Assembly (NCBI GenBank): GCA_023228045.1
Contig: JALOBY010000001.1
Location: forward strand, 32,966-96,965
Source of the DNA: Endomicrobiales bacterium
GTDB taxonomy: Bacteria; Elusimicrobiota; Endomicrobiia; Endomicrobiales; JALOBY01
DNA length: 64,000 bases
Direction of reading: 5' to 3'
In this document: piece by piece, positions 29,498 through 38,917 of the stretch
Layout: the number at the start of each line of letters is the position of its first letter
Position numbering within the stretch: position 1 is the stretch's first letter
Made by a program: the position numbers and the translations under genes
The notes under the pieces: model-generated
Told to the model about the DNA's origin: nothing
Seen by the model: the letters and a program-made list of their open reading frames with translations, nothing else
Databases searched by the model: none

Positions 29498-30691
29498 TTA
29501 CTTCCAACTTATTCCATTTTCTTTTAGGTATTGCTGCGCTTTTTCGTGTCCAAGGTTAGCAGCTTGCTTATAGCAATCAATTGCTTTGACCTGATCTCCT
29601 TTTTCGCCATAAGCAACACCCATATTTGCGTAGGCGTCAGAGTATTTTGGACTGATGTTTATGGCTTTTTCATACTGTTCAATTGCTTTACCATACTCTT
29701 TTTTATTTATATAAGCCGTACCCATATTATTGTAAACTTCAGAAAAATTTGGATTTATTTTTATTGCTTCTATATAGAGTTTAATTGCTTTATTGTAATC
29801 ACCTTTGTAATGATATGCAAGACCCATTTTAAAATACGTTATAGAATCTTTTGGATTGATGTTTATTGCTTTTTTATACTGCTGAACTGCTTTGTCATTC
29901 AATTTTTGGGCAATATAAACATCGCCCATATTGCTATATGCATCAGAATATTTTGGATTTATACTTATTGCCTTATTATACTGCTCAATTGCTTTGTCGA
30001 AATTCCCTGCTTTACCATAAGCAATACCCATATTATTGTATATCTCGGAACTTTTTGGATTTACCTCTATTGCTTTCTCATACTGTTTAATTGCTTTGTC
30101 ATACAACCCTTTGGCAACATAAGCAAGACCAATGCCTGCATATGTTTGGAAATATTTTGGATTTACGCTTATTGCTTTTTCATATTGCTCAATCGCTTTA
30201 TCATAATCACCTTTTAAGTAATAAATAACTCCTAAATTATTAAAGGCCTCAACAAATTTTGAATTTATACTTATACCTTTCGCATAGCATTCAATTGCTT
30301 TGTCAAAATTCCCTGTTTTTCCATAAGAAACACCCATATTATAATAGGCCTCAGAATATTTTGAATTGATGCTTACAGCTTTTTGATACTGTTCAATAGC
30401 TTTTTCCATATTGCCCATTTTGTCATAAGCAATACCCATATTATAATAAGCCTCAGAATACTTTGGATTAATGCTTACAGCTTTTTCGTATTCTTTAATT
30501 GCCTTTTCAATACTACCTGATTCATCATAAGTAACACCCATATTGTAGTAGGCCTCATAATCTTTTGCATTAATGTTTATTGCCTTCTCAAAGCGTTGAG
30601 TTGCTTTGTCTATATTGTCCGTTTCACCATAAGCGACACTAATCATAATGCACAACAACATCATTACAATTCCAATTTTGAAAAACTTCAT
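29498..30691 (-). CDS. TPR-repeat protein (about 11 tandem 34-aa repeats) with signal peptide
   Basis: Highly regular repeat KAIEQYEKAISINPKYSEAYYNMG. Confidence 0.85.
   Translation of the reverse strand: MKFFKIGIVMMLLCIMISVAYGETDNIDKATQRFEKAININAKDYEAYYNMGVTYDESGSIEKAIKEYEKAVSINPKYSEAYYNMGIAYDKMGNMEKAIEQYQKAVSINSKYSEAYYNMGVSYGKTGNFDKAIECYAKGISINSKFVEAFNNLGVIYYLKGDYDKAIEQYEKAISVNPKYFQTYAGIGLAYVAKGLYDKAIKQYEKAIEVNPKSSEIYNNMGIAYGKAGNFDKAIEQYNKAISINPKYSDAYSNMGDVYIAQKLNDKAVQQYKKAININPKDSITYFKMGLAYHYKGDYNKAIKLYIEAIKINPNFSEVYNNMGTAYINKKEYGKAIEQYEKAINISPKYSDAYANMGVAYGEKGDQVKAIDCYKQAANLGHEKAQQYLKENGISWK
29540..30640 (-). repeat. tandem 102-bp (34-codon) repeats encoding the TPR array
   Basis: DNA-level periodicity is visible (e.g. 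recurring ttgctttgtc / attgctttac.. / cccatatt.. blocks) and matches the protein repeat. Confidence 0.7.
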
Positions 30692-30770
30692 TTATAAATT
30701 CCTTTACTATGTTGTTTTAAGTATTGCAGACAAAATAAATGCTTTGACACACCACTAAAACGCTATTGAA

Positions 30771-32495
30771 TTATTGCACCTGTAGTAATTTATTTTTTAA
30801 TTTTAATATAGTGGCAATTGCGTCTTGGCTTGAAACAAGCATAACTTCACCTGAATGCCTTAGTTTTATTTCTATTTTGTCGTCTTTTAGGTTTTTTTCA
30901 CTTACTACTACTTTTATTGAAATACCAACCAAATCGGCATCTTTAAATTTAACACCGGCCCGCTCTGCTCTATCATCAATTAATACATCTACACCAAGTT
31001 TTTGCAAATTTTTATAGAGGGTTTCGGCAACTTCTGCGGTTTTTGGCTCGTCAATGTTTACAGGTATAACAACAACCTCAAATGAGGCAAGAGCAATTGG
31101 CCACTTTATGCCGTTTTCATCATGGGATTGTTCAATGGTTGCAGCAACAATTCTTGAAACTCCTATGCCGTAACAGCCCATTATACTTACTGTTTCTTTG
31201 CCTTCTTTGTTTAAATATTGCGCGTTCATAGCTTTTGAGTATTTTGTTCCAAGTTTAAATGTGTGCCCCACCTCTATGCCGCGGCAAAACTTAAGCTCTT
31301 TGCCGCAAGTTGCGCAATAATCATTATGTTTTACTTTTCTTATATCGGCAACTATGTCTGCACTAAAATCTCTGCCATAGTTTATGCCTGTAAGGTGATA
31401 ATCTGTTTTATTTGCGCCTGATACCGCGTTTAACATACCACAAATAGCATTATCTGCCACTATTTTTACTTGTTTTTTTAAACCGACCGCCGGACCCGCA
31501 AAACCCCGTGTCGCACCACTTACCTCTTCTATAACGCTATCTTTTGCAAGCACAATTTCATTTGCCCCAAGCAAGTTTTGTAATTTATTCTCATTTATTT
31601 CACAGTCGCCACGCACTAAAGCAATTACTGGTGTGCCATCTGCAACATAAATTAGCGTTTTAATAAAGTTGTCTTCTCGTTTACCTATTAGTTTGCTAAC
31701 CGAAACAACACTGCCAACACCCGGGGTATGAACTTCTTTTAGCGCATCCATTTTATCTGATAATGGTACTTTTTTTGTTATTTTAAATACTGCTTTTTCG
31801 GTGTTTGCACCATAGCCGCAATCGCAAAAAACAATTTCTTCTTCACCTGTATCGGCTATTACCATAAATTCATGCGAAAAACTGCCGCCTATCGCACCGC
31901 TTGTTGCCTCTACCGCTCTAAACGAAAACCCACAACGAGCACAAATTCTTTTGTAAGCATCAAAAACTATTTTATAATACTCGTCAGCATTTTTTTCGTC
32001 CGCATGAAATGAGTAAGCATCTTTCATATAAAACTCTCTGGCGCGCATTACGCCAAAACGAGGCCGTATTTCGTCGCGAAACTTTGTACCAAACTGGTAA
32101 AGCATCATTGGAAGTTGCCTGTATGAACGAATTTCGTTTCTTGCAAGTGCTGTTACTGCTTCTTCGTGAGTTGGGCCAAGGCAAAAGAGAGAATCTTTTC
32201 TATCGGAAATTCTAAATAGTTCTTTTCCGTAAATTGCCCAGCGGCCTGTTTCTTCCCACAGTTCTTTTGGCAACATTATTGGGAATAAAACTTCATTGCC
32301 GTCTATAGAGTTCATTTCTTCACGAATAATATTTTCAACTTTTTTTAATACTTTTAAACCAATTGGCAACCATTCATAAATGCCTGAAGCAACTTTTCGT
32401 ATCATTCCGGCCCTAAACATTAGCTTTGCGGATATTACATCGGCATCCGAGGGTGCTTCCCTTAATGTTGGAAGAAACAACTTTGAGTAACGCAT
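30771..32495 (-). CDS. proS: proline--tRNA ligase (bacterial type with INS editing domain)
   Basis: Class II motifs (FRDEIRPRFGVMRAREFYMKDAYSF; GCYGIGVSR). 574 aa. Confidence 0.95.
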   Translation of the reverse strand: MRYSKLFLPTLREAPSDADVISAKLMFRAGMIRKVASGIYEWLPIGLKVLKKVENIIREEMNSIDGNEVLFPIMLPKELWEETGRWAIYGKELFRISDRKDSLFCLGPTHEEAVTALARNEIRSYRQLPMMLYQFGTKFRDEIRPRFGVMRAREFYMKDAYSFHADEKNADEYYKIVFDAYKRICARCGFSFRAVEATSGAIGGSFSHEFMVIADTGEEEIVFCDCGYGANTEKAVFKITKKVPLSDKMDALKEVHTPGVGSVVSVSKLIGKREDNFIKTLIYVADGTPVIALVRGDCEINENKLQNLLGANEIVLAKDSVIEEVSGATRGFAGPAVGLKKQVKIVADNAICGMLNAVSGANKTDYHLTGINYGRDFSADIVADIRKVKHNDYCATCGKELKFCRGIEVGHTFKLGTKYSKAMNAQYLNKEGKETVSIMGCYGIGVSRIVAATIEQSHDENGIKWPIALASFEVVVIPVNIDEPKTAEVAETLYKNLQKLGVDVLIDDRAERAGVKFKDADLVGISIKVVVSEKNLKDDKIEIKLRHSGEVMLVSSQDAIATILKLKNKLLQVQ

Positions 32496-32506
32496 TTTTG
32501 CTCCAA

Positions 32507-32974
32507 TTATCGTGAAATTTTTATTATTGTTACATCAAACTGATTAGTTGGCAATTTTACAGTTACTTTATCGCCTTTTGCATGGCCCATTAACGCCTGA
32601 CCAAATGGTGACTGCATTGAAATTTTGCCGTTTGTTGGGTCGGCTTCTTCAACATCTACAAGTGTGTAGGTAAATTCATCACCATCGGAATCTTTAACAC
32701 ATACAGTTGCACCAATATAAACCGTCTCGGTACTTATCTGCGATTCATCTATAATTCTAGAGTTGCCAAGTTTGCCCTCTAATTCCCCAATACGGCGCAT
32801 AAGGTTTGTGAGAGATTCTTTTGCAGCATGGTATTCGGCATTTTCACGCAAGTCGCCGTGTTCGCGGGCCCGTTCAATTTCAAGTGTTATGGTGGGCTTT
32901 CTTTCTTTTAAGCGATGAAGTTCCTCCACAAGGTTTTTGTAACCATCTTTTGTTAAGTAAATTTGATTAGCCAT
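32507..32974 (-). CDS. greA: transcription elongation factor GreA
   Basis: Start moved to MANQIYLTKDGY (GGAG SD upstream). Contains GDLRENAEYHAAKE. Confidence 0.9.
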   Translation of the reverse strand: MANQIYLTKDGYKNLVEELHRLKERKPTITLEIERAREHGDLRENAEYHAAKESLTNLMRRIGELEGKLGNSRIIDESQISTETVYIGATVCVKDSDGDEFTYTLVDVEEADPTNGKISMQSPFGQALMGHAKGDKVTVKLPTNQFDVTIIKISR

Positions 32975-34082
32975 TTTCTTTTCTCCAATTAATAACAAAT
33001 TGCATAAGTGTTTTTACCCACTCACCTGGTGCTACATTGCCTGCAATTTTGCCGTTCATAAATAGTATGCCGGTATCTTTCCCGCCGGCAATACCTATAT
33101 CGGAATCTAATGCCTCGCCGGGACCATTTACAACACAACCCATTACCGCAATTTTAAGTGGTTTTTTGTTGGAAGCAATTAAGGGTGGAATATTAAGCTT
33201 CTCAAGCTCTGTCTCTAAAACATTTACAATTTTTATTAAGTCAACCTGACAACGCGAACAAGTTGGACAAGATATTATTTCTATGCCGCAAGAAGACAAT
33301 CCAAGCGACTGCAAAATTTGATATCCTACCTTTACTTCTTGGCAAGGATCAGCGGTAAGTGAAACCCTTATGGTATCACCAAGCCCAAGTGAAAGCAATA
33401 TACCAAGCCCAACAGAAGATTTAACTGTACCGCGCATTAGCGAACCGGCTTCTGTTATACCAAGATGCAACGGATAGTTTCTTTTACTTGCAAAAAGTTT
33501 ATATGCCTCAACTGTTGTTAAAACATCCGATGCCTTTAATGATACTGCTATATCGGTAAAGTTTAAATTTTCAAGTATTTTTATGTGTTCCATTGCGGCA
33601 TCAACAAGCTTTTGCGCCTTTTGCGCATAATCAAGTTTTTTACCGTTATGCAAACTTTTAAGTGAGCCGGCATTTACACCAATTCTAATTGGCACAGACC
33701 TTTTTTGCGCGGCCAGCACAACCTTTTGCACATTTTCTTCTGAGCCAATGTTGCCCGGATTAATTCTAAGCTTATCGGCGCCATTTTCAAGTGCTTCTAT
33801 TGCAAGACGCCAATCAAAATGTATATCAGCAACCAACGGGAGTTTCGTTCTCTTTTTTAAAACCCTAAAAGCTCTGGCAGCTTCCATGTCGGGCACGCCA
33901 AGGCGCACAATTTGACAACCGGCTTTTTCTAACGCTTTTATTTGCGCAGCAGTTGAGTCAATATCTTTAGTTTGCGTATTTGTCATTGACTGCACGGAAA
34001 TTGACGCTCCGCCGCCAATTAACACACCGCCAACAGATAATTGTTTTGTGTTTTCTCTGGTATAAAATTTATTTTTTGTCAT
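32967..34082 (-). CDS. ispG: 4-hydroxy-3-methylbut-2-enyl-diphosphate synthase
   Basis: VQSMTNT, RINPGNIG and a C-terminal CPTC..GC cluster motif. Confidence 0.9.
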   Translation of the reverse strand: MTKNKFYTRENTKQLSVGGVLIGGGASISVQSMTNTQTKDIDSTAAQIKALEKAGCQIVRLGVPDMEAARAFRVLKKRTKLPLVADIHFDWRLAIEALENGADKLRINPGNIGSEENVQKVVLAAQKRSVPIRIGVNAGSLKSLHNGKKLDYAQKAQKLVDAAMEHIKILENLNFTDIAVSLKASDVLTTVEAYKLFASKRNYPLHLGITEAGSLMRGTVKSSVGLGILLSLGLGDTIRVSLTADPCQEVKVGYQILQSLGLSSCGIEIISCPTCSRCQVDLIKIVNVLETELEKLNIPPLIASNKKPLKIAVMGCVVNGPGEALDSDIGIAGGKDTGILFMNGKIAGNVAPGEWVKTLMQFVINWRKENG

Positions 34083-35149
34083 TTTTTAAATGATGAGATT
34101 ATTCTTGCGATATCGCCATAAGTGGCAAAAACCATAACTGAAATTAGAAAAACAAAACCTATTAATGTTGCCACTTGTATTGCTTTTGCGCTTACCTTGC
34201 GCCCACTTACACCTTCTATTATTGCAAACATAATATGGCCACCATCTAACACAGGTATAGGAAAAAGATTAAACATTCCAAGCGCAACTGAAAGCACACC
34301 TAAAAGGTACAGTAACGACGCTAAACCATCGCTTGCCGCTTTACCAAGAAACTGCATAACACCTATCGGGCCTGCCAGCTCCGGCTTTTCGCCCTGTGTA
34401 ATTTTATCGTATAAATACTTTGCAGTAAATACCGTTTGGGTTATTGGAACTTCTATGGCAAGTTTTATTGAGCTAAAAGAACTTAATTTTTCAAACTCTA
34501 TTTTTGGAGCAATGCCAACAAGAAAACGGCCACTAACCGGGTCTTTATCTGCTTGCATATTCACCGTTAAAGTTGAAGTTCCACGCGCAAGAATAAATGA
34601 AATTGCGCCATCACTTGCGGCAATTGTTTGCGATATATCTTCCCACTTGTTTATCGTTTTACCGTTTATTTCTTTTACCAAATCACCACTAAGAACACCT
34701 GACATTGCCGCCGGCATACCCGATTTCACCTCTCCAACATAAGGTAATTTTGATGGCCCTGCAACACCCCAAAATAAAAAAACCACGGCAAATAAAACTG
34801 CTGCAAGAAAGTAATTCATAAGCGGTCCAAATAAAGCAATAATTAGCCGCTTGTACCATGCCTGTGAAAAAAATTCATCTGGTGCACCGCTAAGGCCTTC
34901 AACATCTTCTCCCTTCATTTTAACCATACCGCCAAGAGGAATTAAACAAATGCTGTAACGAGTGCCGGCTTTTGTAAAACCAAACAACTCAGGGCCAAAA
35001 CCAATTGTAAATTTTTCCACGGCAATTTTATATATTTTGGCAAACATAAAATGCCCAAGCTCATGTATTAAAACCAAAAGCCCAATACCAAAAACCACCG
35101 ACAACAACTGCAACAGCGTAATTTTTAAACCAAGCATTAAACTCTCCAA
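34079..35149 (-). CDS. rseP: RIP metalloprotease RseP
   Basis: HELGHF (HExxH), a central PDZ domain and the LNLFPIPVLDGGH motif. Confidence 0.85.
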   Translation of the reverse strand: MESLMLGLKITLLQLLSVVFGIGLLVLIHELGHFMFAKIYKIAVEKFTIGFGPELFGFTKAGTRYSICLIPLGGMVKMKGEDVEGLSGAPDEFFSQAWYKRLIIALFGPLMNYFLAAVLFAVVFLFWGVAGPSKLPYVGEVKSGMPAAMSGVLSGDLVKEINGKTINKWEDISQTIAASDGAISFILARGTSTLTVNMQADKDPVSGRFLVGIAPKIEFEKLSSFSSIKLAIEVPITQTVFTAKYLYDKITQGEKPELAGPIGVMQFLGKAASDGLASLLYLLGVLSVALGMFNLFPIPVLDGGHIMFAIIEGVSGRKVSAKAIQVATLIGFVFLISVMVFATYGDIARIISSFKK

Positions 35150-35197
35150 TTTTATTTGTTTTTAAAAACTGTTTTATTGCTAGTACTTAACTTTAAT

Positions 35198-36343
35198 TTA
35201 CTTATAACTATTTAACACAGCATTGCGCACAACAGCATCTGTAAAAATAATATCATTTAGCGCTGGATTTTTTTTATTTTTAAAACCCTTGAGTGCTTTT
35301 GCAACAATTTGCGCAATATCTGTAAATTTAATTTTATTATCTAAGAAAAGTTCAACAGCCACCTCATTTGCCGCATTTAACACTACCGGCATCAACCCAC
35401 CCATACGACCAGCATTTAGTGCAAGCTCAAGGCACGGAAAACGCCTAAAATCCGGCGGAAAAAACTCCAAAGTGCGTGGCCTTGATAAATCCAATGGTTT
35501 AGCACACGACTTAAACCTTTCTGGATATGTAATGGCATACTGTATTGCTATGCGCATATCTGGCTCTGACATTTGCGCCAAGGTTGAGCCATCAACAAAC
35601 TCTACCAAAGAATGCACTACCGACTGAGGGTGAATGACTATTTCAATTTTTTCAAACGGCATATTAAATAGAAAATGTGCCTCAATAGCTTCAAGTCCTT
35701 TATTCATAAGAGTGGCAGAATCAATGGTTATTTTTTTACCCATTAGCCAAGTTGGGTGTATCAACGCCTGCTCAACACTTGCATTTGTATGATTTTTATT
35801 TTTGTAAAAAGGCCCGCCTGATGCGGTTAAAATTATTCTTTTTGCGTTATGCGCATCGCCTTTTAAACACTGAAATATGGCAGAGTGTTCGCTATCAACA
35901 GGAATTATTTTAGCGCCACTTTTTTTTGCTTCTGCGTAAACTATATCGCCGGCTATAACAAGTGCCTCTTTGTTTGCAAGCGCGACAGTTTTGCCGGCCT
36001 TAACCGCCTCAATTAATGGTATAAGTCCTGCGGCACCAACAAGAGCACAAAGCACTGTGTTGGCACTTTGAAACGAGGCAAGCTTAAGTAAGCCCTCTTG
36101 CCCAAAATAAATTTTTGTGCGTATTTTATTTTCTTTACACCACTTACGCAAAAGAATTGCAGAGTTTTCATGCCAAATACTTGCAACTGCTGGCTTAAAC
36201 TCAAGCAATTGTTTCTTAAACAGCTCAACATTAGAGTGAGCGCTTAAACCACTCACAGCCACTTTTTTGCCCAATTTTCGTATAACATCAAGCGCCTGCG
36301 TTCCTATTGAACCGCTTGAGCCAAGAATAACTATTTTTTTCAT
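35198..36343 (-). CDS. dxr: 1-deoxy-D-xylulose 5-phosphate reductoisomerase
   Basis: GSSGSIGTQALDV, LANKEAL and PVDSEHSAIFQC motifs. Confidence 0.95.
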   Translation of the reverse strand: MKKIVILGSSGSIGTQALDVIRKLGKKVAVSGLSAHSNVELFKKQLLEFKPAVASIWHENSAILLRKWCKENKIRTKIYFGQEGLLKLASFQSANTVLCALVGAAGLIPLIEAVKAGKTVALANKEALVIAGDIVYAEAKKSGAKIIPVDSEHSAIFQCLKGDAHNAKRIILTASGGPFYKNKNHTNASVEQALIHPTWLMGKKITIDSATLMNKGLEAIEAHFLFNMPFEKIEIVIHPQSVVHSLVEFVDGSTLAQMSEPDMRIAIQYAITYPERFKSCAKPLDLSRPRTLEFFPPDFRRFPCLELALNAGRMGGLMPVVLNAANEVAVELFLDNKIKFTDIAQIVAKALKGFKNKKNPALNDIIFTDAVVRNAVLNSYK

Positions 36344-36346
36344 GTT

Positions 36347-37186
36347 TTAAAAACCCTTGATGATTGTTAGGTAATAGTAGAAAAATGGAGCAGTAAAAAG
36401 GAAGGAATCAAACCTGTCGAGCATTCCGCCGTGTCCTGGCAATAACTCGGCCGAATCTTTAACATTGGCATTTCTTTTAAGCAATGATTCACTAAGGTCT
36501 GAAAACTGCGATATTAACGCGACTACCACACCAATAATAATTGCTTCAGTTGTAGAAAATAAAGTTTTATTAATAGCAAAGTGAACAATTGAAACAAAAC
36601 CCCAGCTTGCAAGCGCTCCGGTAACAACACCACCTATTAAACCTTCTATTGTTTTTTTAGGGCTAACTAAAGGTGCGAGTTTGTGTTTACCAAACTTTCG
36701 CCCAAAAAAATACGCGCCCGTATCTAACACCCAAATAACCGCAAATAAAAAATAAACAATTATCGCGCCGTCCGGCATAAAATCTCTTATTAAAATAAGG
36801 TGTCCCAACGCCCAAGGAATGAAAAATGCACCAAGAAATGTTATGCCAACGCTTTCAATAGACCTATTAATTCTGCCGGCAATAATTTCATATAGGAACA
36901 CCGGAAGAAGAATAAAACTTAAAATAGCCGGCGTACCCAAATTATGAGACAACATACCGTTTTGGGTACCATTAACATAAATTGAAAGAAACAGTACAAT
37001 TCCTGTTATTGTACCAATAATCGGCTGTGAGGCATAACCTGCCTGTTTTACCAAAAGAAAGTACTCAGTTAACGCAAAAACAACAACAAAAAGCATTAAT
37101 AATAAAAAGGCAATACCGCCAAATTTTATACATATAAGAACTAATGGTATACCAATTAAAGCAGTGATAAGCCTAGGAAGAAGCAT
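36347..37186 (-). CDS. cdsA: phosphatidate cytidylyltransferase
   Basis: C-terminal SLLKR...KDS..LPGHGGMLDRFDS signature. Confidence 0.88.
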   Translation of the reverse strand: MLLPRLITALIGIPLVLICIKFGGIAFLLLMLFVVVFALTEYFLLVKQAGYASQPIIGTITGIVLFLSIYVNGTQNGMLSHNLGTPAILSFILLPVFLYEIIAGRINRSIESVGITFLGAFFIPWALGHLILIRDFMPDGAIIVYFLFAVIWVLDTGAYFFGRKFGKHKLAPLVSPKKTIEGLIGGVVTGALASWGFVSIVHFAINKTLFSTTEAIIIGVVVALISQFSDLSESLLKRNANVKDSAELLPGHGGMLDRFDSFLFTAPFFYYYLTIIKGF

Positions 37187-37199
37187 TTAATTTAAACCC

Positions 37200-37910
37200 T
37201 TAAATTCCACCATATTTACGATGGCGTTTTTGATAATCACTAATGGCTTGCTCAAGCGCATGGTGAGTAAAATCTGGCCAGAGAGTTTTAGTAAAATAAA
37301 ATTCTGAATATGCGCATTGCCAAAGCAAAAAGTTTGAAACCCTCATCTCACCGGAAGTTCTAATTACAAGGTCAGGGTCAGCTATTTTGGCAGTATCAAG
37401 TGCCGCAGACAGTTGTTCTTCGTCTACTTTTTTTACACCTTTTGAAAATAAACTATTATAAGCTCTTACAAGCTCATCCCTACCACCATAATTTAATGCC
37501 AAAATTAAAATAAGACCTGAATTTTTAGAAGTGCAATCAATAGTTTTATTAATGACATCTTGTACATCTTGTGATAAGCGGGCAATGTTGCCAATTACAT
37601 TGAAGCGGATGTTGTTTGCATTAAAAGTTTTAAGCTCATTTTTTAGGTATGCTTTTAAAATAGTCATCAGTCCCGATATCTCTGTTTTGGGCCTAGACCA
37701 GTTTTCTGTTGAAAAAGCGTAAAGGGTAAGAGCTTTAATGCCTATTTGAGAACAATACTCTGTTATCTCGCGTACGCGCTGTGCACCCTTTTTATGCCCA
37801 AAAATACGGGCAATACCCTTAGCCGCAGCCCAACGACCATTGCCATCCATTATTATGGCAATGTGCGCAGGCAAACAATCTAAAGGTATTTTATTAGTTG
37901 CACTTATCAA
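37200..37910 (-). CDS. uppS: isoprenyl transferase (undecaprenyl diphosphate synthase)
   Basis: HIAIIMDGNGRWA and RTSGEMRVSNFLLWQ motifs. Confidence 0.92.
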   Translation of the reverse strand: MISATNKIPLDCLPAHIAIIMDGNGRWAAAKGIARIFGHKKGAQRVREITEYCSQIGIKALTLYAFSTENWSRPKTEISGLMTILKAYLKNELKTFNANNIRFNVIGNIARLSQDVQDVINKTIDCTSKNSGLILILALNYGGRDELVRAYNSLFSKGVKKVDEEQLSAALDTAKIADPDLVIRTSGEMRVSNFLLWQCAYSEFYFTKTLWPDFTHHALEQAISDYQKRHRKYGGI

Positions 37911-37918
37911 AATAAATC

Positions 37919-38098
37919 TTACTTCGCACTACCACTAATGCAGCTAACTGGGCAAGCACTGGCACACTCACCACAATCGGTGCATTTGGCTGCGGCTATA
38001 ATATATTTACCATCATCTTCAGAGATAGCTTCAAAACGACAAGTTGATGCACAAACCCCACAACCTACACACTGCTCTTTGTCAATTGTAAACGCCAT
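37919..38098 (-). CDS. 2x[4Fe-4S] ferredoxin (59 aa)
   Basis: Below the ORF-track size cut-off. My translation is MAFTIDKEQCVGCGVCASTCRFEAISEDDGKYIIAAAKCTDCGECASACPVSCISGSAK*. It has two CxxCxxCxxxC(P) motifs and a GGAGG SD 5 nt before the ATG. The plus-strand ORF 37938..38159 is its antisense shadow. Confidence 0.75.
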   Translation of the reverse strand: MAFTIDKEQCVGCGVCASTCRFEAISEDDGKYIIAAAKCTDCGECASACPVSCISGSAK

Positions 38099-38170
38099 AA
38101 CTGCCTCCGTAATTTTTCCGCAACCGCGGGTTATTAAAACACACTTATCGGTAAATTGAAATAAGCACGC

Positions 38171-38731
38171 TTATATTTCTATAATATCTTTTTCTTTTAC
38201 CGATAACATTTCATCGATTTTACCAACATGAAAGTCGGTTAAGTGTTGAAGCTGAACTTCTGCTTTTTTGCGTTCGTCTTCAGTAAGTTTTTTATCTTTT
38301 TCTGCTTTTTTTATTTCGTCAATTAACTCGCGTCTTTCATTTCTTAGCGACACTTTATGCTCTTCAGCAATTTTGCTGGCAAGTTTTATCATTTCTTTTC
38401 TTCTATCTTCTGTTAAAGACGGTAATGATAAACGAATAACCTTACCATCGTTTAATGGGGTAAGGCCTATGTCAGATTTTTGAATTGCTTTTTCAATTGC
38501 TTGCAACTGCGATATATCCCACGGCCTAATTTCAATTGTTCTTGCGTCTGGCACGCTTGTGCCTGCAAGTTGGTTTATCGGCAACAGCGAGCCATAACTT
38601 TCAACCCGAATATTATCTATTAATCCTGTGCTTGCTCTGCCTGTGCGCAATAGAGAAAACTCCGCTTTTAATTTTTCAAGCGTTTTTTTCATTGATTCTT
38701 CACCATTTTTAAGTAATTCTTGCAAAAACAT
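38171..38731 (-). CDS. frr: ribosome recycling factor
   Basis: Start moved to MFLQELLKNGEESMKK (GGAGG SD at 38737-38741). The track's 38803 start would read through the repeat element. Contains RTGRAS and a typical Frr C-terminus. Confidence 0.9.
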   Translation of the reverse strand: MFLQELLKNGEESMKKTLEKLKAEFSLLRTGRASTGLIDNIRVESYGSLLPINQLAGTSVPDARTIEIRPWDISQLQAIEKAIQKSDIGLTPLNDGKVIRLSLPSLTEDRRKEMIKLASKIAEEHKVSLRNERRELIDEIKKAEKDKKLTEDERKKAEVQLQHLTDFHVGKIDEMLSVKEKDIIEI

Positions 38732-38748
38732 TTTTTCCTCCGAAACTA

Positions 38749-38917
38749 TTGAACCCAGATTTCGCAATAGGTTTAAGAACCGAGGCGAAAGAGATGGAGG
38801 CATTTTTGACGCAAAAATTGTAGCGAATGGTTATTCCATTTGCAAGGCTTTTGCGGAAAAAAATGTCCCATATCTTTTGACGAATTCCAAATCCTATTAC
38901 AAAATCAGGGTTGAACC
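38749..38917. repeat. X-family long imperfect hairpin (about 170 nt) in the pyrH-frr spacer
   Basis: Its reverse complement aligns along its full length with 57141-57310. Arms TTGAACCCAGATTTCGCAATAGG / (rc) GTTCAACCCTGATTTTGTAATAGG. Apex AATGG-TTATT-CCATT. Confidence 0.8.

Noticed and set aside
38732-38803. N-terminal extensions in longest-ORF calls: frr to 38803, pyrH to 39663, rex to 42075, murD to 54669, greA to 32998, TSUP to 62692.
   Set aside because: The extensions lack homology-like sequence and overlap upstream genes, repeats or RNA. Internal Mets have good SDs or ATGA coupling and give canonical N-termini.
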